Below, piece by piece: positions 13,555 to 27,100 of a stretch of 64,000 nucleotides of DNA; positions within the stretch are counted from its first letter, which is position 1, and every line of letters starts with the position of its first letter. A program made the translations under genes and the position numbers. The notes beneath the pieces were generated by a model that was given only the letters and a program-made list of their open reading frames with translations, made no database searches and was not told the origin of the DNA. The stretch comes from Octopus sinensis (taxonomy: Eukaryota), in the NCBI RefSeq assembly GCF_006345805.1, contig NC_043002.1, positions 26,412,001-26,476,000 of the forward strand, in the 5' to 3' direction.

Positions 13555-13861
13555 TATCACGTGATCACGTGACCGACCAGACCTTCATATGTTGTTACAC
13601 ATCGCTGGTCACAAAGCGTTCGCATTGTTTTAGCCTTCGAATGACGCCACCCCGCTGGCTAAGCGAGCAGGGCGATAGAAGAAAGAGTGGGAGAAAGAGT
13701 GGTGAAAGAGTACAGCAGGGATCACCAACCCCTGCCGGAGCCTCGTGGAGCTTTTAGGTGTTTTCGCTCAATAAACACTCACAACGCCCGGTCTGGGAAT
13801 CGAAACCGCGATCCTGCGACCGCGAGTCCGCTGCCCTAACCACTAGGCCATTGCGCCTCCA
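13555..13861 (-). mobile_element. tRNA-derived SINE with intact head
   Basis: Minus strand GGAGGCGCAATGGCCTAGTGGTTAGGGCAGCGGACTCGCGG...GGTTTCGATTCCC (A and B boxes, TCG at the anticodon position). A degraded relative lies at ~44150-44335. Confidence 0.85.
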
Positions 13862-14427
13862 TATGTAGATATACGAGTGTAATAAATGCACATGTGTGCA
13901 TACATGTATGTATACATGTGTGTGGATATATATGTGTAAATACGTATATACACACACATACCCACGCGTCCCTATATTTGTGCATGCATCCATCATTATC
14001 ATAATCGTCGTCGTTCAGCGCCCACATGGAAACTGGAGATTGGACGGCGATGATGATGGTGGTGGTGGATGCGTGGGCGGAGGTGTGGGGGATATTTATG
14101 TGCATGTATGTGTATGTGTGTGCATATATGTGTGTATGTATATGTATAGGCATATGTAGGTGTGTACGTGTGTATATATATGTGTGTATAATATAGTTTA
14201 TATATATATATATATGTATGTATGCATATGTATATATGTGTGTGTGTATGTATGTGTCTATATGTATATATATATATATGTATGTGTGGGTGTGTGTATG
14301 TGTGTGTATGCATATATATATATGTTTGAGTATGTGTGTATGTGTGTATATACATGTGTATGGATGCGCATTTCTATATATGTATATGCACATATGAATA
14401 TATCTGTGCATGTGTGTATATGTGTAT

Positions 14428-14467
<40 letters not shown>

Positions 14468-14836
14468 GTAAATGTGAGTGTGCGTATATATGTGTATGTA
14501 TATGTAAATATGAGTGTGTGTATATGTGTATGTATGGATAGATATATGTGTATTGACTTATTTATTTATATATACATATGATAAGTAATAGATAATAAAT
14601 AAAATATTATATATATTTTTTCTGTACAATAAGGGCAGCTTATCCTGTTCAGGCTATATTATTAGCATTATCCTGCGTTTGGAAATTTAAAATCACTTCT
14701 TTATCTTTCTAAGACATCTGAACCCTTCTGAAGCAAACTTCGTTTGTTTTCTTCCGTTCATCGTAATTTCGTAATTTGAATTTATATATATATGTATAAA
14801 AATGGAGTTAAACGCAGGTGTTATTCAAATTATTTT

Positions 14837-14925
14837 ACTTCCGATACATGTTTCGAAGATGTCACTGGCATTATTCCAAATGAATAAAGTAGTGTAAAAC
14901 AATGTAATCTTCTCTTCAGAGAAAT
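14837..14925 (-). ncRNA. Type I hammerhead motif, core intact
   Basis: Minus strand: ATTTCT-CTGAAGA-GAAGAT...ATCTTC-GAAA-CATGTA-TC-GGAAGT. Confidence 0.65.
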
Positions 14926-15189
14926 GAGGAAATGAAACTCGTCAATAAGAGATTTTAACAGAAAATGATGGATATGTATAGTGATTAACTATACATATCC
15001 ATTAAGTTTGTTTCCAAAAAATGTTATAGGATATAACATCAAATATAGCTTATAGAAATTGGAAAGTGTGGCTATTGACACACTTTCTGTGCCCTATCAG
15101 TATTTGCAAAGGAAAGTCATCTTTGCCATCTTCAACCTGACGTGATACAGACGGACTCGAGTTTCTATATGCACACACATGCAATATAT

Positions 15190-15460
15190 GGGTACAGGAA
15201 GTCACCAACGATATAAGTAACATGAAATACTTAACAAACGAGGGAAAACATTTAGTTTTATCTCTACATGTACAATTAATTATATTCCGGTCTTTATTAT
15301 TATTATTGGAGTAAAACGTATTCAGATTAAATTTATTAAAAGAAGAAATAACGTTACTAACATTATTATTAGTAGAATAACCAACTCCAAAATTATTTCT
15401 AGAAAAAGTTATTATATTTTTTATTATCTCTAATGAATGCTTCAATTATAGTTAAAATCT
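15190..15460 (-). mobile_element. Penelope-like linker remnant
   Basis: FSRNNFGVGYSTNNNVSNVISSFNK...NCTCRDKTKC matches the PLE FNRN.K.SYSC..N...CNCR.K..CP pattern. Confidence 0.6.
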
Positions 15461-15987
15461 CTTTAATAATGTAATCATCCACCCTGAATTAAGAAATCGT
15501 TGCCAGATAATATAGGTAAAATAATATCGTTGCTTTCAACTAATTTAGAGATTTTCCAAAAACACGCACCTTTTGTAATGAAGTCCTGCGGGAAGCGGGA
15601 TATATTAATAATATTAAATTCTTTAATAATTCTAAATACCTATACAAAGAGTATTGAACATTATATTTAATACTCCACCGCAAGATAACTATATAAACCG
15701 TAGTTGATATATATTTTATTGAAACAACTGTAAGGGATGTTTACCAATTATTATTTATTTGTTAACTTTATATTCTCTCATCTTATATATATCCTGGCTA
15801 TGAGAAGTATTGGTGTCAAGAAGACCCAAAGGTGTCAGGTAACGCTGAGCAAGTGCTATGGACAGACGACAGTTAAGATCCAGGTACGATAATGATACGA
15901 ATGAGTCCAACGTGAGTTATGTATTAATATGCGTGTATAAAAAAATTCAAGGCTGTGAATAGTTTTCAGAACATTTATAAAGAGAAG

Positions 15988-16035
15988 GTCTTACAGCTGT
16001 TTCCGGGATATTTTATACATCCCTTCATTAGAGAC
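15988..16035 (-). ncRNA. Degenerate minimal hammerhead (core G5 to A)
   Basis: Minus strand: GTCT-CTAATGA-A-GGGAT...ATCCC-G-GAAA-C-AGCT-G-TA-AGAC. Confidence 0.6.
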
Positions 16036-16869
16036 GGTGCGAAAAAATGTTGAAGTAATAATTATTGTAGAGAAGATATGAAATATAGAGGGAAGTGAAG
16101 CAAGGAAAATAGAATTGAGATACGTAAGGATATTGTATTTGCAGTTCCATTATTTAAGCAGAATGGTGTATTATAAATTTCCTGTACCTTGTGTGTGAAT
16201 TCCAATTGTGTTTATATTTGGTCATTCCAAGCATAGAGTCGTGTAAACGGTGTTATTCGATCGAGACATTAACAACAGGTGTCTTTCGACTAAGGACGAA
16301 TTAGATTAAGCTGGCGTGTGTGGAGTGAGACTTTACGGTAGGAACATTAGAGATGAAACCATGGGAAGGAATATAACAGATGCTACGCGGATGGAAGTCG
16401 AACCAAGAAAGGTCTGGTTTGGTGGAATGAGAGGATAGAGGTGGGGGAAGAGGGATTGAAGTATTAGAGAGGGACGAAAAAGAGAGAAAAAGAAATGAAA
16501 GGGACAGAATAAAGTACAAGGGAGGTAAAAGAGGAGAGACGTGATAAGAATGAAGGGAAGGAATGAAATGTGAGAGATGGGTAGCAAGAAAAAGAAAAGT
16601 AGAAAGAAAGTGTTAAAGGGGAGTGCACATATGTGTGTGTGTGTACGTGTGTGCGTATGTGTAAATAAGTATATTGTATATGTGTGTGTCACGACACATG
16701 GGGAGATAATGTTAAACGTAACAATGCTCATACAAACTCATATATTTGTTTATATGCTTAGATGTGTGCTGTGTTTGAAAGTGTATTTATGACTATGCGT
16801 GTGTGCATTTTCTAAATACATACAGAGAAGAAAATCAAAAGCAGAAGAAACAAACTATGACACAAACGT

Positions 16870-17430
16870 AGATGCAGTCGAAATCAATGACGTCTATGAG
16901 GAATCGGTGGAAATATTCACTTATTACCTGGGCTGTCGTTACAACAGATACATAACATGTGAAATCATGAGATAGAAGCAAATATCAAATACAACAGCAC
17001 ATTTAGCAAAGGCAAATAAAATCTGGAACAGAAGGAAATCTGAGTTGGATGTCAAACTATAGCTAATAAAATCTATGATAACCATCACTTGTTTTGAATG
17101 TGTATGAGACATGGTCAGGAAAAAATAGATATATAAATAAGCGTTGAGAATAAATTGTTAGCATTCGATATCCTATGCTTTCGCAATATTGTTGTTATTA
17201 CGTGAAAAGAATACCAAACAATTCTGTCTGTTTTTGAACAACCTAATTTGCTGCTTGGGAATAGAGAATGGCTTATAGAAAGAGTGCGGAAGAAAAACTT
17301 TATGGTTCAGTTATATTAGTAGAATGAATGGACATCTTGCCAATAGAGCTGTGTTTAGGAATATGAAAACTTAAAAGAACAGCGAGTTGCCATGGAAAGG
17401 CTGACTCCATGATGTTTAGATCTGGACAGG
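16870..17430 (+). mobile_element. Degraded RTE-type RT C-terminal relic
   Basis: Patchy frames VEIFTY-LG, KIWNRRK..LDVKL, ENKLLAFDILCFRNIV, WFSYISRMN. Confidence 0.55.
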
Positions 17431-17559
17431 GATATGAACGAAAATAAACATTGATAAAAAAATCCAAAACTTCCTACGGGAGAAAAGTTAAGGAACGATT
17501 TCACCAACACATGTACGAACTCTGAACACACACGTACGTACATACACACACACACAATT

Positions 17560-17611
<52 letters not shown>

Positions 17612-17629
17612 ATACACATTCTTATGAGA

Positions 17630-17920
17630 TTCTCCAGTTTCAGACAGGACATTGTTGAGGATTTCTAATGCAGTATTTTCTTCCACGAAGACACCTGTTG
17701 ATGATGAAGAAATTTCAGTGGTAGTTGATGTGTCATCTCTCGTATCTTCTGATGATGGCTCAATTTTCTGCAAGTGTCACATATTTTTCGTCCAGGAATT
17801 AGGTTTGCTTTATGATATTTTGTTGCAAACTCTGCTGGTATTGTTCTTAAACCCTTTTCGACAGGTATTTTGTGCTTTTTTAAATGGGGCATAACATTTT
17901 TCTGCCTTAGTTAAAAATCT
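17630..17920 (-). pseudogene. Transposase-like N-terminal fragment with Cys/His motif, family unassigned
   Basis: Frameshift-joined C.APFKKHKIPVEKGLRTI...LIPGRKICDTCRK...ALEILNNVLSETGES; pattern recalled from DNA-transposon proteins. Confidence 0.45.
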
Positions 17921-18595
17921 TTAACCAGAAATTAACATAAATGGTCGTATATATCTAATTTGAAAAACAAAATTAATTACGCTGTATAACATGAACCATA
18001 GTTAATAGAAAACCTTATAATTACAGTTCCCAAGGAGATCCCAGTATGAATTTTTCTGTGTGAGTTTTGACTACGTAGAGCAATATTTGGACAAAACTTC
18101 AAAAGAATCGATGACCAGGTCTTGTGACTTATGAATAAAAAGAATGAGCTTTCTAGCTCAAATAGTAGCTGACATGTGCTTCTCAAATTTATTGGGAAAT
18201 CGAAATGTTCCTTATTTGAAAATTTCAAATGGTCAAACCTCAGCAAGTATTAGAGTCAGGTAAAAGATATTTAATATTTCAAGGTTTCATATGAAAGCCA
18301 TGTTGCATGCAGAGTTTGAAGGGTATCGGTTCCGGTCAACTTCAGCACCTGCACTTGATTTCGCATGGAACGAACTCTCAGTGTTAAGCAAACTTGGTTA
18401 ACTATATCAAAGAGAAACAAATATATTCGAAAGAAATTAACATCCAAGGTAATTCCTCGTGTATAATGTATTGGTTTGACAGGTATAATATTTTCTACCA
18501 TTTTTATGTATAATATATCTAAATAACGATTGTTATTAATGTTTGGTATATTCATCAATTAGAGATGAGCTTTTCAGCATTGTTATTCTTGTTGT

Positions 18596-18691
<96 letters not shown>

Positions 18692-20799
18692 CGTGTATAT
18701 GTGCAGAACGTTGCCATTATTACATTTCATGGTAACTTTTGAAAAGTTAGTACACGGTTTTATGTACTATGAAAGATAGAAAATCTATTTATTATATCAC
18801 TGTTTTTCACCTAAATTTGTTTATATTTCTAAAATATTCTGAATCTATTTCAACTGCTACCAATCTTGTTAGTCCGATTTCTAGGTCATTATATTTGAAT
18901 AGTATAAACAAATGTAATTGCGAATCTATGAAAGCATAAATTGTTGTTTTCCATGGTATTTCAAACTGTTTACAAACTTTTGGAGGATAGTATTTTTTTA
19001 AATATCAATTTATTTTCATAGCGACTACATTCCTATGTATACCGTTTATGTATAATAAGTTCAAAATAATTATATTCTGGTATTTTTAGAGATACTAATA
19101 GCATACTTTTAATGTCAGTGCATCAAGTCGCAAAGCATTCGAGGAATAATATTTCTCTGGAGAAAACGAAGATTAGAACAGTATCTTGGAAGAAGCTGTG
19201 GACTCGTATCTTCTAATCAAGATGGAGTGGCTAGGTATTTAGAATATTTTTCAGTACCTGGCTACCATCTAGTTCTTCATGAACTTTTGTATAATCGTCA
19301 TTCCAGAAGACACAGTATTAGGCACAGCATGAGACACACAATGAATTTTCTTTTGCTATGTGCAAGGGAATATTGCTAGTCATTAGCATACTGCACAGTT
19401 TACAGCTAGCGACGTTATTAAAAAATGAATGTAGACTGCTAGCACCAGTATAAACCGCAGTGGCAATTCACCGTCTGGAGATGTTCCAGGAAATCAATTG
19501 GGACATTTACCAGATGCAGCTTTAAGTCTAGTAAATTGTGTCTCTTTTGATTTCAGATATGTATCGTGCAAGAATCCAACTACTAGTCGCATGTACGCCA
19601 GACATAATATTTTACGCTAGTGTTTTTGTTTGAGTAGGCAAAACCTTTGTTGACAACTGTTCGTTCACTGAAGTCGATTTCTATTATAATTGCTCTTCTA
19701 GAATTGCAGCAACTTTGCTCACAGGTAGTAAAACTGCTCATTCTGTTTTAAAGCTGCCGCTAGACATTGCACACAATAACACTACTATGTATAAATTTTA
19801 GAAAGATCGGGGCAGGCAGAGTTTCTAAAGTTGACCAGCTTGATAGCATGGAAAGAAGGAATAATGTCTAATGGACTTGCATTTAAATCTTTCTACCGCA
19901 CTACAAATTCTCAAAGGGCATGATTGCAATCAGCTTTTCTCTCCATTGATTTTAGATAAAATTTACTAGATATCTTAAAAGGTACATACGCTAATAAACT
20001 GAGAGTGTGATTCAAACACCTTTATTTGGAAACGATGCAAAAACTTCATCTTTCATGAGCATGAAATTTACATTTAATAGACATAGCAACAAATTTCACA
20101 AGATTTATTGCAACTGGGGTGGGGGATGATCAACAATCAGTTGATACTGAAATTGCAGATATCTCTAACTACAAATAAAATTTTATACCGGGAAATGTTA
20201 CTGAGAGTTTAACCTAGCGTCTAAGAAGAATAGAAAACACGAGCAGCCTAATGAAAGTGTCTGCATGAATCCCCTAAATAACACAATGTAGCATATGAGT
20301 TACTAATATTTTAACTATTTTGACAACGATTAGGGCATCACTTTCACATTAATAAATAATATGAATAATATAAGTCAATAATTAATATTGCTTGTTCCTC
20401 AGCAAATCATAATTTCCCCTTAGTTTTGTGGTACTCTTTACATCACAAAAGTTAGCAGTAACCTTTCTCTCTTTACACACAAACACTGACACACACACAC
20501 ATACACACACACACACACACACACCACACACACACACACCACACACCACACACAAACCAGATAAATATACACACATAATCATTATGAAATCTCAGCTCAC
20601 GACTAGGCATTACACTGTCACATTATCTTCAATAAAATTCTCACAATACAATGCTGTATCTAATTCTCTTTATTTTAGTAGTACTGTAAGACGTACACAC
20701 ACTAACACACACACACACCACACACACACACGAACACACACACACTTATTGCTATCTAAATAAAGAAAAGCAAAATCAAATAAATAAACAGTGCTGAAA

Positions 20800-21850
20800 A
20801 ATCGAATAGAACAGCCCATACTTTCCGTAGAACTCTGAGGAGAAATTACCTCTAAGGATGTATCACCAAGCTTTTGGCAAAATTTGATGCAGAATCGCTG
20901 CTCAGCTTTCTCTGTCATGGACAATGCGACGATCATACACACCACACTTTCCTTCCAAGCACTGCTGTAAACAGCGGAAATGAGATTGAACGTTGAAACT
21001 TAGCGATCATGCACAACAGCCCTTTTGCTATGGCAGCAGCCCTGATAATTTTTGATCAGACCACGTATAAATATATATACATACATACATACATACATAC
21101 ATACATACATACATACATACATACATACACACATACATATACATCCATATATATATACAGACATACATATAAGTTATCTGATCAATAAGTATCCGGACTA
21201 TTGCCCTAGTAACAAAGCTAAAGCATGCACATTGAAGTTGCTTGGCACATATTGACCTTGAACTCGGTTGTGAATGCGAACTAAGTTTTAACGTTCTTGC
21301 TCACTTCGGCTGTTTACAGCATTGCTTGAAAGGAAGGTGTGTATCGTGTGATCGCCACATTGGCCATGACAGAGATAGTTGAGCAGAGAATTTGCATCAA
21401 GTTTTGCGAAAAGCTGGGTGATACCTCCTCAGAGGTCTACGCAAAGTTTTCAAACAATTTTCATCGTTCTCGACACAATGAACATCTTGTGCAACTGGAA
21501 CCCGAATATTTTGGGGTCAGCAGACACGCGTCACATACCCAAATCTTGAGTGATAATGGACTGAACTGAATCATAATTAATCTGCATAATATCTAATAAC
21601 TCACGGATGGTGATTCGACTATTTCCCCTCAGAGATTCCCGCACAACGACAATATTTTTGTCAGTCCTGCCGGTTGCGGGTCTGCCAGGACGTTCGTCAC
21701 TATCGACATTTTCTCTGCCATCTTGGAAACGTTAGAGTCACTCGTGCACTTTCTGCAACTTTGCGTAGGCCTCTGAGCAGGTATCACCATGACAATTTTC
21801 TCTGTCATGGTCAATGCGACAATCCCACGCTACAGATGTTCCTTCCATGC
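20800..21850. mobile_element. Three mariner 5'-end fragments in alternating orientation (-, +, -)
   Basis: MTEKAEQRFCIKFCQKLGDTS (~20800-21010, minus); MTEIVEQRICIKFCEKLGDTS (~21170-21560, plus); frameshifted FQDGRENVDSDERSGRP-like HTH (~21630-21850, minus). Confidence 0.8.
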
Positions 21851-21917
<67 letters not shown>

Positions 21918-23984
21918 TGATAGACACATATTCATTAAATATGTGTATGTATGGAAGTTTTGATGTATGTGCGTCTTTCCAGCTATCTTATTTTCCTGTC
22001 TCACAACATTATTATTTTTTGCTAATTTTCCAATACTACCAACATTAACTATCTTGATCTTTGACTTATCTATTGTTAAAAGCCAAACTATAGTTGAAAA
22101 AACAAAACAAAACAAAATCAAAAGAGAACTGAATGAAAAAGAAAGTGATTGAAATGTACTTTATCAAATTGTCTTTAATTCATTTGTAATTTATATTTTA
22201 TAAAATAACTATATAATTATCAATTGATTCTTTGATAGTGGATTAATATTGCAAGAATACAGAGATAAAGCACGGTCACTGAACACGAAAGTTATTAGAT
22301 GTTTTCCTTTTTAATATCTGAATAAATGTTTTATGTGTTTTATGTTCCACTCAGCTGAAAATGAATACGGTTATGCTCTTTCAAAGTCCACGGAGACCAA
22401 GTGTGATATACATTATTTTCTTTCTTTTACTTTTGCGCTTATATTATTTTTCTTGCTCAAGTCACTGATTTACAAGTAGTGCAAGACACCCTTTTCAAAA
22501 TTCGAAGTATCTTTAGTCAATGACAATGTCCCCGGTTGTTATTTTAAGTCTGATATTATGTTAGTCTTTTTGCCTTACCGCTAAGTTACGGGGATGGTAA
22601 CCAACTTACATACTTACTTAAAGCAGTGAGATATAATCACAGACACGCTAACACATACGCAAATATTCATATATGCACACAATTAGGCACAAATAACACA
22701 CATATATGCATGTATGTGTCTGCTTGCGCTAAATGTGTATGTGTCTATATGAATACACGCATAAACACTCACACACACAAACACACACACACACACATTT
22801 AGTTTCCCTCTGTTAAATTCACTCACGAAGCATTGGTTGATCCAGAACTTTCGTAGAAAGCATTTACTCAACGTTTTGCAGGGGGACAGGACCCGTAAGA
22901 ATTTGGGTGCGAAGTGAAATAAAACTGTGTGATATATTTTCCCCATCTCCCAGCTTGATAGCAACCTCTGATCCTCGCATAATTTTAGCGGACTGCACAT
23001 TTTCGTAAAGCATTTCTACGAGATCCCTAGTCTGAGTATAATCCAGGTATCGGTATATAACTTCGAGGCGCAGCTATCCACTTATCATTTATTGTTTCTA
23101 CGCATAAAACAAATGTTTATACACACCACACAGACAGCTCACTGTTTACAAATAAATAAATAAAAGGTATAAAAACGAAAGAAATTAAAACTGATAGTTT
23201 TGATATTGATTGTGTTATAAGATGATCAATTAATTATTTGTCAATATTGCTTGTTAATTTAGTTTCCTTAAAATCAGCGCGTGACCTTTACACTTTAACA
23301 CTAAATTCATGCACACTTAGTCAAGCAATCATTAAAGTTATCACAAGGCGAGCAATCAGTAAAATGAATCAATAAATCTGACAGCTTAATAGGATAGAAA
23401 TATTTGAAGAAGTTTAATGAATAATTTGGCAAGTACAGAAAGAACGGAAGAGGAAGGTATAGAAAATACACCACTTATTGTCATATACTCTTGGTTTCCA
23501 AACCAGGGAGAAATACTCTAAGGGGCAGTGTGCGGGGAGGGGGGATTTCAGGGTCCCAGGCTTGCAGGGAGAGAATTAAGATCAGAGATTAATAGCCGCT
23601 CTGAAAATCCGCGGATAGTTCAAGGTAGCTGATCTACCGTGAGGGCTGCAATATCGTCCAGAAAATAGAAAAATAGGAAAATAATAGTACACAGATCAAT
23701 GGCAGTCAAATTTTCAATGGCATACTGAAATAAAAGGTATAAAGGTAACTATGATAGCAAAAGTCACACCAATCAGAAATATTTTAACAAATATAGTAAA
23801 TGTACATCTAATTTTCTCAGTAAATCTCGAAGTAGATAAAGCTGTAGATAGTCCCTTGCAGAATATTGGGTTAAAACAATCCCTTAGATGAAACCTTCTG
23901 TCAGGGAATGCTGAAGCACATACTCATTTTGTTTATGTCAAGCAACTGGGAAGCAAACCTGAACTATTGAGCAGAAGTTTGTTA

Positions 23985-24188
23985 TTACTATTGTTGTTGT
24001 TGTTCTTCTTCTTGTTCTTCTTGTTCTTCTTGTTCTTCTTGTTCTTCTTGTTCTTGTTCTTCTTGTTCTTGTTCTTCTTGTTCTTGTTCTTGTTCTTCTT
24101 CTTCTTCTTTTTCTTCTTCTTCTTCTTCTTCTTCTTCTTTTTCTTCTTCTTCTTCTTATCATTATTATTATTATTATTATTATAATTA

Positions 24189-24240
<52 letters not shown>
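23985..24240. repeat. Compound microsatellite (TTG)n-(TTC/GTTCTT)n-(TAT)n
   Basis: Direct reading. Confidence 0.97.
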
Positions 24241-24850
24241 GCCTTTGCACAGTTTCTAACGCTGAAGATGTACTACGGTGTCAGCTGTTCACTACCAGTG
24301 AACTAAATTAACACCTCTTATTTTTCGAGCACCTTCTGGAGTATTCGAGCGGTTCCAAGCAGTGCTATTTTCTGATCCACCCTTATTGCAGCCCCTATCT
24401 CTTCTATGTACTTCTCAAGATTTTTACTTACTGTTCCAAGGGATCCGACAATTATTTCATCGACCACATCTGCTTAACCCCTCAAACTAATCTGTCATAT
24501 TTATCGGCTTTTCTTTCTTCCCTATCGTATACCTTTTTGTCAGCTATATCTATGATCCAGCATAGTTTGCTTTCTTTCCTAATTAAGACTATGTCCAGCT
24601 TCCTATTGTCAATCTCATGGTTGCACTGGATTATGAAATCCCATAGGATCTTCGCATTTCTATTTTCGACGATGCCTTCAGGTTTATGGTCGTACCAATT
24701 TTTTTCTTTTGTCAAAGCCATACTTGTTGCAGAGTGACCAATGTACAAACCTGGCTATATATTCCTTCTGGGCTAGTGGCGTACATTGTTGATAATATGC
24801 CATACTGTTTCAATATTTTGTCCACAGATTTTGCACTTATCCCTCTCTGC
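24240..24850 (-). mobile_element. R4/Dong-clade (RLE endonuclease) non-LTR retrotransposon 3' end
   Basis: CKICGQNIETVWHII zinc knuckle; WYDHKPEGIVENRNAKILWDF...KLDIVLI...IIDIA; terminal QKIALLGTARILQKVLEK-stop; followed by (TAA)n. Confidence 0.85.
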
Positions 24851-24873
24851 TGTTATCATTATTATTACTATTA

Positions 24874-25861
24874 CGAGGGGCGTTCAATAAGTAATGCCCC
24901 TGACCCACTTCCCATAGCAGTAGAGTTGTGGACCGGAGCGTTGTCCTGCAGGAGGAGGATGTCTTTGCTGATCTTGCTCCGCCTCTTGATTTTGATAACT
25001 TCTCTTAATTTCCTGAAAAGTGAAGCATAATAGGCTCCTGTAATTGCGGTACCCTTTGCCAGGAAATCTGTCATCACTACTCCGTCCTGGTCCCAGAAGA
25101 CTGTGAGCATGACCTTGCCAGCGGAGGGCTGCACCCTTGCCTTCTTTGGAGGGGGTGAGTCACGGTGCTTCCACTGCATTGACTGGGCTTTGGTCTCTGG
25201 ATCATCGTGATGGACCCAGGTTTCATCCTGTGTAATCAGTCTTTTGAAAAATTTTGACCCATCTTCTTGGCACATCTCCAAATTCACCCTCGAGCACTCG
25301 ACGCGTTCTTGCTTCTGGAAAGGCGTGAGCAACCTGGGAATCCATCTGGCAGACACCTTTTGCATATGCAAATGGTCATGAATGATAGTTTCCACAGACC
25401 CGGTACTAATCTTGACCTCATGGGCTATTTGGCGAATAATTATGCGTCGATCTTCCAAAATGGCAGCCTCAACTTGACGGACAGATGCCTCATCAATGGC
25501 GCGAAGGGGCGACCAGATCTGGGAGCTGTTTCCACAGAGTTCCGACCATGTTTGAATTCACGATGCCAGCGTTTTACAAGGTCATATGATGGGGCATCAT
25601 CACCATAAGTTACTTTCATTTCATCAAAAGTCTCCCGTGGTGTGCGTCCTTTTTAATACAAAAACCGGATCACTGCTCGACACTCAACAGGCTCCATTTC
25701 ACACTTGACTCAGTTCAAACACCTGTAAATCAGAAACCACAATTAATTCAGAGCTGTAATTTGTATGTTGTATAGAGATATAAATGATTGCACATGCAAA
25801 ATTTCAGCTAGATCCAACAACTGCAAGTGGGTCAGAGGCATTACTTATTGAACGTCCCTCG
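24874..25861 (-). mobile_element. mariner transposon, 3'-deleted, TA target duplication
   Basis: ~37-bp TIRs (CGAGGGGCGTTCAATAAGTAATGCCCCTGACCCACTT). MEPVECRAVIRF...WIPRLLT...TQDETW...LLQDNAPVH, then a jump to the TIR, so the third catalytic D is missing. Confidence 0.95.
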
Positions 25862-26983
25862 TATTATTGTTATTATTACTATTGTTGTTGTTGTTGTGGT
25901 TATTGCCCTGTTATAGAGACCAGCTTCTTGCGGGATGTGAATTTTTGACAGTGAACTAATTTATTATGCGATGTTTTTATAAAAGTTAAGAAAACTTACT
26001 TGCTTTTATAAATTCACAGACATTTGTTTTCAGATGAAACGATGTCTATCAGGAATTCCCTTGACAGTCTTAACAAAAGCTAAGACACAATAGGAATGAC
26101 AAAATTTAAAGCCCAAGAGAAATAACAATGCTCTTACGGAAGTACTTAAAAGGATACAAAAACAATAATAAAGCAAAAAAAAAAAAGCAAAAGAAAAATA
26201 AATTCACTGAAGAAATACGATTTAATACAATTTCGAAATATCAAAAAACTGTCAGACTACGAGGGTCGGCAGAAACGTTCATAGGCTGACCAATATACTC
26301 CCATTTTAAGCGCAATCTCTTATATTAACCTAAAATATCTTTCTTTCTCTCCCACACATTCATACGTATACACACATCCACGTACACACGCACACACTCA
26401 CACACACATAGACACACACATCCACACAGTCACTCATACACACATATACACATACGCACACACACACAGACATACGCACAAACACATAGACAAATACACA
26501 TAGAGGAATGTGTATGTCCTAGTAGCAAGGCACTTAATTTCATTTTGTATCTCTTATCTTTTACTTCTTTCAGTCATTAAACTGTTGCAATGCTGGGGCA
26601 CCGCCGTGGAGAATTTTGGTCGAATGAATCCACCCCAGTACTCCTTTTTAAAGCCTACTACTTATTATATCATTCTCTATTGCAGGACTGCTAAGTTACG
26701 GCGACGTAAACCCACCAACACTGATTGTCCAGCGTAGTTGGAGACATACACATACACACATATACGCACACATTCATACACAGACGCAAACACACACACA
26801 TACACACACGCACGCACATGCATCTACGACGGGCTTCTTTCAATTTCAGTCAACTGAACCAACTCACAAGGCTTTGGTCAGCTCGAGGCAATAGTGGAGG
26901 ACATTTGCTAGAAGTGTCACTCAGTGAGACTGAACCTGAAATCATGTGGTTGGGAGAAAAACTTCTTATCACACAGGAACCCC

Positions 26984-27046
<63 letters not shown>

Positions 27047-27047
27047 A

Positions 27048-27100
<53 letters not shown>

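Noticed and set aside
13780-13861. Functional tRNA-Arg gene
   Set aside because: It continues into a SINE body found elsewhere in the window and has no proper acceptor stem; called as a SINE head.
19000-20050. Possible hAT or P-element transposase remnant (minus strand)
   Set aside because: Only vague motif resemblance across many stops; family not supportable.
22355-22400. 46-nt candidate exon (ENEYGYALSKSTET) with AG/GT borders
   Set aside because: Too short to distinguish from chance, and no partner exons were identified.
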